Positions 9,393 through 19,509 are shown, counted from the stretch's first letter. The stretch is 64,000 nucleotides of DNA from Dehalococcoidia bacterium (GCA_965232835.1 OZ247426.1:229671-293670), one strand, 5' to 3'. Notes: a model not told the origin generated them from the letters alone. Program-made: numbers and translations.

Positions 9393-11069
9393 ATGCCTGA
9401 ATTCGATCTTGTGATTCGAGGCGGCACTGTAATCGATGGTACCGGAATGCCTCGACTGCGCGCCGACCTTGCCATCAAGGACGGCCGGGTGGCGATGATC
9501 AGTGGGCGCATCAATAGTGGAGGCGCCAAGGAAATTGACGCCAGTGGTTGCATTGTGGCTCCCGGCGCCATCGACCTGCACACTCACTACGATGCCCAGC
9601 TCAACTGGGACCCGTACGCCTCGCTGTCCGGGTGGTTCGGCGTGACCTCCCTAACCGTGGGACAGTGCGGCTTTGGCTTCGCCCCCACCAAACCCGACGA
9701 CCGCGACTTGAACATGCGGATGATGAACCGCATCGAGGCCATTCCGCTCGAGTCCATGCGGCAGGGTATGCGCTGGGACTGGGAGACCTTCCCGGAATAC
9801 ATGGACAGCCTCGATCGCCAGGGCCTGGGCGTCAACGTGGGCTGCCTCGTCCCGTTCTCGCCCCTGCGCGGTTATGTGCTGGGAATGATCCCGGCCCGCG
9901 AGCGCACCTCGGTCACTGATGCCGAGCTGAACCAGATGAAGCAGATCCTCCACGATGCCATGAAGGCCGGGGCCTTCGGCATCTCCGCCGACAAGAACCT
10001 GGAGGACCGCCCCGAGGATGGCAGCTGGCTGCCCAGCCACGTGGCCTCCAGGGAGGAGTTCCTGGCGCTGTCGCAGGTGCTGTCCCAGTTCGGCGTCGGA
10101 CACTTGGGCTGGACTATCGGCATATCCGACGACCGGGCCGGACAGCGCGACATGCTGGCCGAGATGGTGCGGATGAGCGGGCGTCCGCTCCACGTGGTGC
10201 TGGGCGACGACGAGGGATACGACTGGCTGAACCAGGTACAGGCCGAGGGCCTGCCGGTGCTGGCGCAGCTCGGTCCAGTGCCGACGATTTCCGAGTTCAA
10301 ACTCTCGGAGTACAACCTGTTCGACTACATGCCCCACTGGGTGCAGCCGCTGGTGGGTTCCAAAGAGGAACGTATCGCCAAGCTGTCGGAGGACGGCGTG
10401 CGCGAGGGCATGAAACAGGATGCCATTGACCGTCCGCACCCGCGCACCGACTGGAGCAGGCTGCAGGTGGTCGAGGTTGCCCACGAGCGCAACCTGCAGT
10501 ACGAGGGCCTGAGCATTGCTGACATCGCCGAGGCCGAGGGCAAGCATCCGCTGGACGCGTTCCTGGACATCGCCCTCGACGAGGATCTGGAGACTGAATT
10601 CGCTCATCCGTCCAACAACCGTGGTGACGACGTCACGGCGGAGCGGCTGAAGAACCCATACGTACACATCTCCGTGTCCGACGGCGGCGCGCACACGCGC
10701 TTCCTGGTCAACAGCGTCTGGCCGGTCTACTTCCTGGGCTCCTGGGTCCGGGACCGGGGCCTGATGTCGCTGGAGCAGGCGCACTACAAGATGAGCGCCC
10801 TGCCCGCCTGGTTCTCCGACATGAAGAACCGCGGCACCCTGCGCGTGGGTGACTTCGCCGATATCATGATCTACGACTACGACGAGCTGGGCCTGCTCTT
10901 CGACAAGCCCCAGTTTGCCACCGACTTCCCCGGCGGCGAGCGGAGGCTGATCCAGAAGCCGACGGGCATGCGCTACATCCTGGTCAACGGCGCCGTGACC
11001 TTCCAGGACAACGAGTGCACCGGCGCGCTGCCCGGCAAGCTCCTGCGCAGCTACGACCAGGTTGCCTAG
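9393..11069 (+). CDS. N-acyl-D-amino-acid deacylase family amidohydrolase (paralog 2)
   Basis: Same motifs as paralog 1; start at ATG 9393 after AAGGAG. Confidence 0.88.
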   Translation: MPEFDLVIRGGTVIDGTGMPRLRADLAIKDGRVAMISGRINSGGAKEIDASGCIVAPGAIDLHTHYDAQLNWDPYASLSGWFGVTSLTVGQCGFGFAPTKPDDRDLNMRMMNRIEAIPLESMRQGMRWDWETFPEYMDSLDRQGLGVNVGCLVPFSPLRGYVLGMIPARERTSVTDAELNQMKQILHDAMKAGAFGISADKNLEDRPEDGSWLPSHVASREEFLALSQVLSQFGVGHLGWTIGISDDRAGQRDMLAEMVRMSGRPLHVVLGDDEGYDWLNQVQAEGLPVLAQLGPVPTISEFKLSEYNLFDYMPHWVQPLVGSKEERIAKLSEDGVREGMKQDAIDRPHPRTDWSRLQVVEVAHERNLQYEGLSIADIAEAEGKHPLDAFLDIALDEDLETEFAHPSNNRGDDVTAERLKNPYVHISVSDGGAHTRFLVNSVWPVYFLGSWVRDRGLMSLEQAHYKMSALPAWFSDMKNRGTLRVGDFADIMIYDYDELGLLFDKPQFATDFPGGERRLIQKPTGMRYILVNGAVTFQDNECTGALPGKLLRSYDQVA

Positions 11070-11092
11070 CGACTCTAAGGGTATTCGGAAAT

Positions 11093-11126
11093 AAAAAAGG
11101 GGCGGCCAAGCGGCCGCCCCTTTTTT
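11093..11126. terminator. Bidirectional intrinsic terminator
   Basis: AAAAAA-GGGGCGGCC-aagc-GGCCGCCCC-TTTTTT between convergent genes. Confidence 0.88.
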
Positions 11127-11141
11127 AGTTGCGCAGTTGCA

Positions 11142-11360
11142 CTATCGGGCCGTTCTTTCCCAGATGTAGGGCGCCAGTAACTTTGAGGCTCCGTCTAGGG
11201 TTATTCCCACGACTTCGCCGTCACCATCAAGGTCCGCCGTCAGGCCCTCTCCAACCTCGCTACCCTCGCAGGCAGGATGGCCGTTCCATAAAGAAAGAGT
11301 ATCTGTTTCGGAGTCGTAGAAAATCTTGAGTCTATTCGACTCGGTCACGGGCTTTTTCAT
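11142..11360 (-). CDS. DUF2283-domain protein (putative antitoxin)
   Basis: IFYDSETDTLSL ... DLDGDGEVVGITL..AS; its ATG overlaps the upstream stop codon (ATGA). Confidence 0.8.
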   Translation of the reverse strand: MKKPVTESNRLKIFYDSETDTLSLWNGHPACEGSEVGEGLTADLDGDGEVVGITLDGASKLLAPYIWERTAR

Positions 11361-11608
11361 GGCCTTCCCCACCTTCGCATTGCCTGTCGGTCGATGTGTC
11401 TGTTCAGCAACCTACCGTCCTCGGTGAGAATCACCAAAACCCACCTGTCGATTTCCTCGATAAACTTGTACAAGTTTCTCCGAAGCTCGCCATTGACCAT
11501 TCGATTCTCTGAATGATCAGGTTCCTCGACAGTTCGTCGTACCCAGTGATCCTCTACCTCAGGATGCTTGAGTCTCGCTACTTGACTATAATACCAAGTC
11601 TCTTCCAC
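11357..11608 (-). CDS. Small DUF4258-like protein (putative RNase toxin)
   Basis: 83 aa; KHPEV..WVRRTVEEPD ... WVLVIL ... NRHIDR; translationally coupled to DUF2283. Confidence 0.55.
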   Translation of the reverse strand: MEETWYYSQVARLKHPEVEDHWVRRTVEEPDHSENRMVNGELRRNLYKFIEEIDRWVLVILTEDGRLLNRHIDRQAMRRWGRP

Positions 11609-11611
11609 GCC

Positions 11612-11980
11612 CTACTCGTCGGGGACCAGCGCGACCAGTCGGCCCTCCTGCTGGGTTACGAGGAAGACTTTCATCCGCAGTTCCGGGTTGTTGAGACAGC
11701 GGCCGTCGCCCTTCTGGTACTCGTAGCCGTGGGTGTCGCAAACGAATACGTCCTCTCCCACGTCCTCAACCTCGCCGCCCTGGTGCGGGCAGAGGGTGGA
11801 GAGCATGCGGTAGCCCTCACTGCCCTTGACCAGGAAATAGTTGGCTGAGCCCACCTTGACCAGCTTGGGAAGGTCCGTGAATTCGGATTCTTCACCCAGG
11901 TCCACCCGCACCTTCTTGGAGCGGGCCGAACCGCTGATCTGCCGCATGGTAATTCTGTTGACCTGCCTCTCAGTAGCCAT
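11612..11980 (-). CDS. Rieske [2Fe-2S] ferredoxin-type protein
   Basis: CPHQGG and CDTHG ligand motifs; start placed at MATERQ. Confidence 0.82.
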   Translation of the reverse strand: MATERQVNRITMRQISGSARSKKVRVDLGEESEFTDLPKLVKVGSANYFLVKGSEGYRMLSTLCPHQGGEVEDVGEDVFVCDTHGYEYQKGDGRCLNNPELRMKVFLVTQQEGRLVALVPDE

Positions 11981-12128
11981 TCCGCGATGTCCTCGTAGCT
12001 GAATTTTGCCCAGTATAGCAGACAGCATCACACTCGCGGCTCGTCGATAGGTGCTTTGACATAATAGCGGTGATTGATTCACGGGGCGTACCGTGGCAGA
12101 ATGTTCGAACTGGTAACAGGAGGATGGT

Positions 12129-13568
12129 ATGACTACTGAAGCCAACTTTACTGATCGTTACGGACTTCCCCTCACCACAAACTCCCAGACCGCCCTGGGC
12201 CATTATGCCGAGGGTCTGGAACTTGCTCTGTCCCAGAACTTTGGAGCAGAGGAGGCCTTTGGCCTGGCCATAGAGGAAGACGAGGGATTCGCCCTTGCCT
12301 ATGCCGCCCGTGCCTTCCTCGACTTTCTCCGCATAAACGTGCCCGAGGCGCGAGCCAATGCCGAGAAAGCCGTGAAGCTGTCCTCCGGGCTGAGCAGCCG
12401 GGAGCGCGGGTTTGCCGACGTGGTGTCCAAATTCGTCAATGGGCAAAACCACGCCGCCACAGCCGCCGTGCACGAGCATGTCAAGGCATTCCCACGGGAT
12501 GCCATGATGCTGCGCCTGACACAGCGCCTCTACACCCAGGGCTGCGTGGGAATCGGCGCGCCTGACTATCCGCCACGGTTCTACAAGCTGATGAGCGAAG
12601 CGGCGCCGCATTACGGAGAGGACTGGGCTTTCATGGGACAGTACTCCTGGGCCAACCACGAAATTGGCAAGATGGAGGAAGGGATGGACCTGGCCCAGCG
12701 TTCGCTGGACCTGAATCCCGAAAACGGTGTGGCCGCTCACTCTGTGGCTCACGTGTTCTACGAAATGAGCCAGGATGATGAGGGAGCCGCCTTCCTGAGC
12801 GGCTGGCTGGAGGACTATGACCGCCGCTCCACCTACCGGGTGCACCTGTCCTGGCACCAGGCCCTCTTCGAATTGGCGATGGGGCGCTACAACCAGGCGC
12901 TGAGCTGGTACGAACGGGACATCCGCCCCTCGGTGCAGGGACTCAAGTATGCTGCCCTGGCCGACAGCGCATCGCTGGTCTGGCGGATGAAGGTCTACGG
13001 CGATGTTTCCCCACAGGCTCCGTGGAGCGAACTCATAGCGTTGGCGGCTCCGGCAGCCGATCGCCCCGGCCCGTCGTTCCGCGATGCTCACGCCGCGTTG
13101 GCGTTCGCCGCTGCCGGCGATGAGGAGTCCCTTGGCAGGCTGGTGGACGGTCTGCAGGCTATGGCAGATAACGGCGACGCCACGGCCCGCGAGGCCACGT
13201 TGCCTTTGATCAAGGGCATTGGCGCCTTCGGACAGGGCGATTACGCCGAGGCCGTGCGGCTGATGGAGCCGGTCTACCCGCAGCTCACCCGCGTGGGCGG
13301 CAGCCACGCACAGCGGCTGGTGTTCGAGGATACCCTGCTCGAGGCTTATCTGCGGGCCGAAGAGTTTGACAAGGCCACCGACATGCTCCGCGAACGGCTG
13401 TCCCGCCGGGAGTCGCCGCGCGAGCTGTACTGGATGGCGCGCGCCCAGGCGGCCCAGGGTAAGACCGAGGAGGCGCAGGGCAACCTGTCCAGCGTCAAGG
13501 AGCACTGGGCCGAGGCCGACACCAACACCCCCGAATACGCCCGCCTGACGGCGCTGGCCGCTGACTAG
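12129..13568 (+). CDS. Tetratricopeptide-repeat protein (TTC38-like)
   Basis: AAHSVAHVFYE, HLSWHQALFEL, DSASLVWR, RVGGSHAQRLVF. Confidence 0.8.
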   Translation: MTTEANFTDRYGLPLTTNSQTALGHYAEGLELALSQNFGAEEAFGLAIEEDEGFALAYAARAFLDFLRINVPEARANAEKAVKLSSGLSSRERGFADVVSKFVNGQNHAATAAVHEHVKAFPRDAMMLRLTQRLYTQGCVGIGAPDYPPRFYKLMSEAAPHYGEDWAFMGQYSWANHEIGKMEEGMDLAQRSLDLNPENGVAAHSVAHVFYEMSQDDEGAAFLSGWLEDYDRRSTYRVHLSWHQALFELAMGRYNQALSWYERDIRPSVQGLKYAALADSASLVWRMKVYGDVSPQAPWSELIALAAPAADRPGPSFRDAHAALAFAAAGDEESLGRLVDGLQAMADNGDATAREATLPLIKGIGAFGQGDYAEAVRLMEPVYPQLTRVGGSHAQRLVFEDTLLEAYLRAEEFDKATDMLRERLSRRESPRELYWMARAQAAQGKTEEAQGNLSSVKEHWAEADTNTPEYARLTALAAD

Positions 13569-13596
13569 ATTCGGCGAGTTTCCATTTGGTACCGGA

Positions 13597-13622
13597 AGGG
13601 GCGGGTCTGATGACCCGCCCTA
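13597..13622. repeat. REP-like palindrome AGGGGCGGGTC-tgat-GACCCGCCCTA
   Basis: Hairpin between convergent genes; contains the TAG stop of the minus-strand gene. Confidence 0.6.
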
Positions 13623-15170
13623 ACTCTTTCCCCAGACTACCCGACCGTCGACGATGGTCAGGACCGTTTTGATGCTGGGCAAATCCCCGGGGTCCATGGT
13701 CGAGGGATTGCAGTCCACGATCACAAGATCAGCCAGTTTCCCGGTCGTAATTGAGCCCTTATGCCCATAAGTGTCCTCCGCCTCTGCCGATCCCAGCGTG
13801 AACGCTCTCAGCGCCTGTTCCAGAGTCACGGCTTGCGAGTCGTCGTTTGCCAGGGGTTTCCCGTCGGACGCGAGGCGGGTGACAGCGCTGTAAATCGCGG
13901 GCCACGGGTTTGGGTCGATCACCGGCGCGTCGGAACCGAAAGCGGTCCCAACGCCTGCGCGCATCAATCCGCCGGCGGGGTAGAGGTGTGGCAGCAGGCG
14001 GGCCTCCACGTTCTGGCGGTATGACGCGCCGTTGTGATACACAAAGCCGGGCTGGGTAACGACCATTGCACCAGACCGGCTTACCGCCTCAAGGAGTTCA
14101 GGGGTACCCTCCGAGCAGTGCTCTATGCGGTCCCTCAGCCCCGACTGTCTGTTGTCCTCCAGAACCGCTGCCGCCGTGGCGATGGCCTCTTCCTCCACGC
14201 AATGCAGGGCCACCGGAAATCCGCGATGGTGAGCGTGGGCAACCATCGCCGCCAGGTCAGTGAACGCAGGATGCAGCCTGCCAGAGGTCAGGGTCAACAT
14301 GATTTTGGCGTGGCCCAAGCGCAATTTGTGGTCGCCTGAACCAAAGTAAAGTCCGGCGTCTGCAAACTCATCAAGTCGTTCGATGCCAGCGAACATTGTG
14401 ATCCGGACTGGCAACGCCCCGTTCGCCTGCAGCTGCTGGAAAGACCGCCAACGCTCGATGCCGTTTTCCGCTCCCGCGTCCTGCACTGACGTGATGCCGT
14501 ACCCAGTGAGCAGTCTCCCGGCGGCTTGCATCCCGTCGTCAAACTCCTCGGTGCTTCTGATCCTTCCCAGTCGGAGGCGCAGAAAGGACTCGCACTCAAG
14601 CAGAACCCCCGTCGGTTTCCCGGTCTTGTCGTCCCGCTCGATCACTCCACCGGGAGGATCAGGTGTCTCGCGATGGACAGTTGCCAACTCGAGCGCACGG
14701 CTGTTCAGCACGGACGCGTGGCCGCTGCGGTGCTGCAGCCAGACGGGATAATCGGGAGACGCCGCGTCCAGGTCGTGGCGGTCGAGGTGTCTACGGTCTG
14801 TGAGTTGCAGGTCGTCGTATCCGAATCCCCGCACCCAGGCGCCGAATGGGAGATTTTCGGCCCGCCCTCGAATCAGGGTCTGCAAGGCGACAATAGACGG
14901 GGCCTGGAGAGGGGAACAGTCAAGGTCGGTCAATCGTCGTGCCAGGCCGGGAAGGTGGATGTGGGCGTCGTTGAACCCGGGAAGCAGTGTACGTCCCTGG
15001 CAGTCAATGATTTTCGCATCTCGCGCTGCTAGGCGGCGGATGTCAGCGTTGCTGCCAACTGCAACTATGCGATCGCCGGAAATCGCGACGGCCTCAGCTC
15101 GAGGTGAAGCCGATTCCCTGGTCAACACGTTGGCGTTGACGAGGATCAGACCGATGGCTGCTGTGGACAT
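13620..15170 (-). CDS. Amidohydrolase_3 (YtcJ-like) metal-dependent hydrolase
   Basis: LPGFNDAHIH, RDRIEH, FGSDAPV, GSITTGKLADLVI. Confidence 0.88.
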   Translation of the reverse strand: MSTAAIGLILVNANVLTRESASPRAEAVAISGDRIVAVGSNADIRRLAARDAKIIDCQGRTLLPGFNDAHIHLPGLARRLTDLDCSPLQAPSIVALQTLIRGRAENLPFGAWVRGFGYDDLQLTDRRHLDRHDLDAASPDYPVWLQHRSGHASVLNSRALELATVHRETPDPPGGVIERDDKTGKPTGVLLECESFLRLRLGRIRSTEEFDDGMQAAGRLLTGYGITSVQDAGAENGIERWRSFQQLQANGALPVRITMFAGIERLDEFADAGLYFGSGDHKLRLGHAKIMLTLTSGRLHPAFTDLAAMVAHAHHRGFPVALHCVEEEAIATAAAVLEDNRQSGLRDRIEHCSEGTPELLEAVSRSGAMVVTQPGFVYHNGASYRQNVEARLLPHLYPAGGLMRAGVGTAFGSDAPVIDPNPWPAIYSAVTRLASDGKPLANDDSQAVTLEQALRAFTLGSAEAEDTYGHKGSITTGKLADLVIVDCNPSTMDPGDLPSIKTVLTIVDGRVVWGKS

Positions 15171-15230
15171 GCTGGCGGTTTCGCAGGGCAGCAGGATGCC
15201 GGCTGGCGATTGGTGACCCAGACAGGCCAG

Positions 15231-16121
15231 CTAGGGTACGAAGGCCGCGTCGTGCTGCTCGTCGGCGTGGTAGGAGCTGCGCACCAGGGGCCCAGAGGCC
15301 ACGTGCTTGAAGCCCATTTCCAGGCCAGCAACCCGCAGTTCCTCGAACTCGTCGGGATGGTAGAACCGGTCTATGGCGATGTGCTTTGCCGATGGGCGCA
15401 GGTACTGGCCGATGGTCAGCAAGTCGCAGTCCACGCTTCTGAGGTCCCTCATAGTCTCGATAACTTCGTCGGTGGTCTCGCCCATTCCCACGATGATGCC
15501 CGACTTGGTGACCGTTGCCGGGTCGATCTCCTTGGCCTTGGCCAGCAGTTGCAGGGAGAGGTTGTAGTTCCCCTTGGGCCGAACCCTGGGGAAGACCCTG
15601 ACGGTTGACTCGATGTTGTGATTCAGGACAGCAGGCCCTGACTCTATCACCCGCGCTAGGGCGTCCCAATTGCCGGCGAAGTCTGGGATCAGCACCTCCA
15701 CCCGGCACTCCGGTAGCACATCGCGAATACGGTTGATGCAGGCAGCGAAGATGTAAGCGCCGCCGTCGGGCAGGTCGTCGCGGTTCACCGACGTGATGAC
15801 GCAGTAGCGGAGGTTCATGTCCTTGACGGTTTCGGCCAGGCGCTTCGGCTCCATTAGGTCGACGCCCAAGGGCCTGCCGGTGGTGACGGCGCAGTAGTGG
15901 CAGCGCCGGGTGCAGATGTCGCCCAGGATCATGAACGTGGCGGTGCCCCGGGTCCAGCACTCCCCGATGTTGGGGCAATGGGCCTCCTCGCACACGGTGT
16001 GCAGCTCCTGGCTGCGCATCATCTGTTTGAGCTGCATGTAGCGAGGGCTTCCCGGCATCTGCACCTTCAGCCACTCGGGCAGGCGGGGACGCAACTCAAG
16101 GGTGTTCTTCGGTTGGGTCAT
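15231..16121 (-). CDS. lipA: Lipoyl synthase
   Basis: CEEAHCPNIGEC, CTRRCHYC, VRSSYHA. Confidence 0.97.
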   Translation of the reverse strand: MTQPKNTLELRPRLPEWLKVQMPGSPRYMQLKQMMRSQELHTVCEEAHCPNIGECWTRGTATFMILGDICTRRCHYCAVTTGRPLGVDLMEPKRLAETVKDMNLRYCVITSVNRDDLPDGGAYIFAACINRIRDVLPECRVEVLIPDFAGNWDALARVIESGPAVLNHNIESTVRVFPRVRPKGNYNLSLQLLAKAKEIDPATVTKSGIIVGMGETTDEVIETMRDLRSVDCDLLTIGQYLRPSAKHIAIDRFYHPDEFEELRVAGLEMGFKHVASGPLVRSSYHADEQHDAAFVP

Positions 16122-16188
16122 GAGGAACCTCGGGCGCCGGTCGGATGGGTATCCTGAACCATTATAGCAACTGCGTCGTTGGTGGGTG

Positions 16189-16809
16189 TCAGAGCAGCTG
16201 CACCATACGTGGGGTGACGCGGCACTTCTCGGCGGCCACTATGGCGTCTATGTCGGCAGCGGCCTGCTCCAGCTGGCCGTGGGGGTTGATCACTCGGTAG
16301 TCGAAGTTATGGACCTCCGCCAGTTCCTGCTGTGCCGTCTGCAATCGCCTTTCCAGGTCTGAGGAGGTCTCGGTCATCCTTCCCGAAAGCCGCTGCCGGA
16401 GTTCCTCCAGAGACGGCGGCATCAGGAAAATCAGCAGCGCCTCGGGCGCCATGCGTCGGATGGTTGCCGCGCCCTGGACATCGATCTTCAGGAAGACATC
16501 CTTTCCCGTCCGGAAGGCGTCCCTTGCCTGGCCTCTTGGAACACCGTACCAGCGGCCATACACCTCGGCGCACTCGAGAAACTCGTCGCGTTCCTGCATT
16601 CGGGCGAATGTCTCAGGTTCGAGAAAGATATAATCCACGCCGTCCTGTTCGCCAGGTCTCATGGGCCGCGTGGTGGCGGTTACGGCGAAATGCCATGGGC
16701 GATCGTAGTTGCGGAGCTCGGAGAGAACTGCGTCCTTGCCCACTCCGGACGGACCGGACAATACCACCAGCAGGGGCGGCGCGGGACTGGCCTCGGGAAG
16801 TTCCGGCAT
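16189..16809 (-). CDS. gmk: Guanylate kinase
   Basis: GPSGVGKD, TTRPMRPGEQDGVDY, YGRWYG. Confidence 0.97.
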   Translation of the reverse strand: MPELPEASPAPPLLVVLSGPSGVGKDAVLSELRNYDRPWHFAVTATTRPMRPGEQDGVDYIFLEPETFARMQERDEFLECAEVYGRWYGVPRGQARDAFRTGKDVFLKIDVQGAATIRRMAPEALLIFLMPPSLEELRQRLSGRMTETSSDLERRLQTAQQELAEVHNFDYRVINPHGQLEQAAADIDAIVAAEKCRVTPRMVQLL

Positions 16810-16818
16810 CGTTGGCGG

Positions 16819-18138
16819 CTATCCGGCTGCGAGTCCGGGAGCCAGGGCCGCCAGGTCATCCCAGAACCCGGGATACGAAACGGCGGCGTCGCTTGCACCG
16901 TGTACGTCGACGTCTCCGTCAGCCAAGAGGCCGCAAACGGCCAGAGACATCGCCAAACGGTGGTCGCCATGCGACTGGCACGGCGCCCCCGTCAGTCGAC
17001 CGGTGCCCCGTATAACCATTCCGTCGTCGCGTGCCTCGATGTTCGCTCCCAGGCGGGACAGTTCCTCGACGGTGGTCGCAATGCGGTCGGACTCCTTGAC
17101 TCGGAGTTCCGCCGCGTCCCTGATGACCGTTTCCCCGCTGGCAAAGCAGGCCGCAACCGCCAGGATCGGGACCTCGTCCAGGATCCGGGGGATCATGTCG
17201 CCAGCTATCTCTGTGCCGTGCAGCTGGGCCGTGGTTGCCAGTACGTCGGCGACGGGCTCGCCACCCTCGGTGCGTTCGTTCAGCAGCTGCAGGCTGTCTC
17301 CGGCTCCCATGGCCTGCAGGGCGTCGATGATGCCGGTCCGGCTGGGGTTGAGGCCAACCCCCCTAACCAGCACTCGCGAATCGGGATGACATAATCCGGC
17401 TACGATCCAGAATGCCGCCGAGCTGATGTCGCCGGGGACGGCGATATCAACAGCGTTAAGGGGGCCGGGCTTCAGATGAAGGGCCAGTCCGTCCTCCTCC
17501 ACCGTGGCACCCATGGCGGCGATCATTCGCTCGGTGTGGTCGCGTGAGAGCGCAGGTTGGTGGATCACGGTCGGCCCGTCGGCTGACAGGCTGGCCAGCA
17601 TGATGCAGGACTTCACCTGGGCGCTGGCCACTGGGAGCTCGTACTCCACACCCTTGAGGGAGCCACCCTGGATTGCCAGGGGAGCCAGTGAGCCGTTCTG
17701 CCGGCCCATGACCTGGGCTCCCATCATCTGCAGCGGCTCGACGATACGGCGCATGGGGCGCGACCGCAGGGAATCATCACCGGTGATTACGGAGAGGAAC
17801 GGCTGGGCGGCCAGCAAACCCGACAGCAGGCGCATGGAGGTGCCGCTGTTTCCGGCGTCCAGAATGTCTGTGGGTTCCTCGAGAACGGGTCCTCTGCTTT
17901 CAACTGTGTACTCGCCGGGAGTGTTCCCTGGTAAGATTGCCACACCCATCCCGCGCAGGCACGCCATGGTGGACATCACGTCCTCGCCGTCCGACAGCCC
18001 GGTTACCCTGGCCGTGCCGTGGGCCATGGCGTTCAGGATAAGCGAGCGGTGGGAGATTGACTTGTCCCCGGGCACGGTCAACTCTCCACCGAGTTTTGAA
18101 GGACGTCTTACTGTTCGCTCCTGGGATGATGGCTGCAT
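16819..18138 (-). CDS. aroA: 3-phosphoshikimate 1-carboxyvinyltransferase
   Basis: PGDKSISHR, DAGNSGTSMRL, SAQVKS, RDHTER, KESDRI, DHRLAM. Confidence 0.97.
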   Translation of the reverse strand: MQPSSQERTVRRPSKLGGELTVPGDKSISHRSLILNAMAHGTARVTGLSDGEDVMSTMACLRGMGVAILPGNTPGEYTVESRGPVLEEPTDILDAGNSGTSMRLLSGLLAAQPFLSVITGDDSLRSRPMRRIVEPLQMMGAQVMGRQNGSLAPLAIQGGSLKGVEYELPVASAQVKSCIMLASLSADGPTVIHQPALSRDHTERMIAAMGATVEEDGLALHLKPGPLNAVDIAVPGDISSAAFWIVAGLCHPDSRVLVRGVGLNPSRTGIIDALQAMGAGDSLQLLNERTEGGEPVADVLATTAQLHGTEIAGDMIPRILDEVPILAVAACFASGETVIRDAAELRVKESDRIATTVEELSRLGANIEARDDGMVIRGTGRLTGAPCQSHGDHRLAMSLAVCGLLADGDVDVHGASDAAVSYPGFWDDLAALAPGLAAG

Positions 18139-18264
18139 TTCTTACCCTGGGATCAAGTCTTTCGCGGCCTATGGCCTGTGCCCTGCCCTCTGCCCAGTCC
18201 CTCCGACTTTGGAACGGCATTAGCCAGGCGAGGGTTGAATCTGTCTGTGTCCCTAGCGGCGGCG

Positions 18265-19275
18265 CTACTCCCGTTCACCGCCCTTTTCTCCGCCGAACAT
18301 CCGGCGTTGGGCCTCCATCAGTTTGTTGCCCATGAACATCTGGCCCATTGAATCAGTAAACGAGGGAATCTCGGGGGCCTGGCGCTGGGCCCGGCTTCCA
18401 GGTGTGATTGCGCCAGACATCCAACGCGCGCGTTCCTCGTGGGCACTGGAGAATATTTCCTCGACTGCTTTGGGATCGGGGCCCGATTCGTCCTTGAGGA
18501 CGTTTCGGATCTCGTACAGCTCCCGTATGAACGAATCGATCCAGTTCACGATCGGCTCGTTGTTGGTGATCGAAATGTCCCGGTGCATTACCGTGTCTCC
18601 TGAGGCCAGGCGGGACAAATCGCGGAACCCGGACGAGGCCAGCTGCGCGATGTCGTCCCAGTTGGCGCTCTTGGAGACGGTCTGCATCAGGGCGACCGAC
18701 ATCATGAACGGGAGATGACTTGCTGCAGCGACGAAACTGTCGTGTTCATCGGCGCTGAGGAAGAATGGCTTTGCGCCGACGGCTTCGGCCAGAGTGGTAA
18801 CCGTGGATACAGCCTGCTCACGAGCGCGGGCATCGGGGATGATGCAATAGGGCTTGCCGGTGAAAAGATCGGCCGTAGCGTGCCCCGGTCCGGGGGTTTC
18901 CCGCCCCGCCATTGGATGTCCGCCAACGAATTGGGTGTGGTCCGGCAGGGTCTCTGACGCCCATTGGATCACGGCCCTTTTCGAACTGCCAACGTCGGTC
19001 AGGATCGCGCCCTCTGGGAGGTATGGGCCGATGGTCTCCATGAGGTCTCTCATGGCCATCACGGGGGTGGCCAATACCACGACGTCGGCATCTTCAATCG
19101 CTGGGTGCAGGCGGCCCTCGACCTTGTGGAAGGCTTCACGCTTTTTTGCCCCGTTCCGGGCGGTGTTGTCGTAATCCGTTCCCACCACCTCCAGGTTGCG
19201 CAGGTCTGACTCTCGCAGGGCAAGTGCCAGCGAAGTGCCAATCAAGCCAGTGCCGACAATCGTTATCTTGGCCAA
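18265..19275 (-). CDS. tyrA: Prephenate dehydrogenase
   Basis: GTGLIGTS, DVGSSK, GGHPMAG, HDSFVAAASHLP, GFRDLSRLA. Confidence 0.92.
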   Translation of the reverse strand: MAKITIVGTGLIGTSLALALRESDLRNLEVVGTDYDNTARNGAKKREAFHKVEGRLHPAIEDADVVVLATPVMAMRDLMETIGPYLPEGAILTDVGSSKRAVIQWASETLPDHTQFVGGHPMAGRETPGPGHATADLFTGKPYCIIPDARAREQAVSTVTTLAEAVGAKPFFLSADEHDSFVAAASHLPFMMSVALMQTVSKSANWDDIAQLASSGFRDLSRLASGDTVMHRDISITNNEPIVNWIDSFIRELYEIRNVLKDESGPDPKAVEEIFSSAHEERARWMSGAITPGSRAQRQAPEIPSFTDSMGQMFMGNKLMEAQRRMFGGEKGGERE

Positions 19276-19509
19276 GGCGGCCTCCTACTCAGCTTGTCGC
19301 AGGGCCTGTCCCGTGAGTCTGTGGCCCAAGCGGAGTGGCGTTAAAGGGATATTCTACAACATACCGCTGGGCCCAACATCCCGGAATGGTCGAGGAACAA
19401 TGATCACGCTCTGCGGAAAAGGGCTGCCACGCCATTTTGAGCAGGGGCGGGATGACTCCCTGCGAGCCCTGTCCGGGCCATGATTCTGCCAAGGATTCGA
19501 GCTTGATGC

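Noticed and set aside
11970-13505. Long antisense ORFs (also 8130-9233, 9651-10784, 21927-23222, 34164-35786, 43035-44234 and others)
   Set aside because: They shadow well-supported genes on the opposite strand, as expected at high GC, and have no recognisable motifs.
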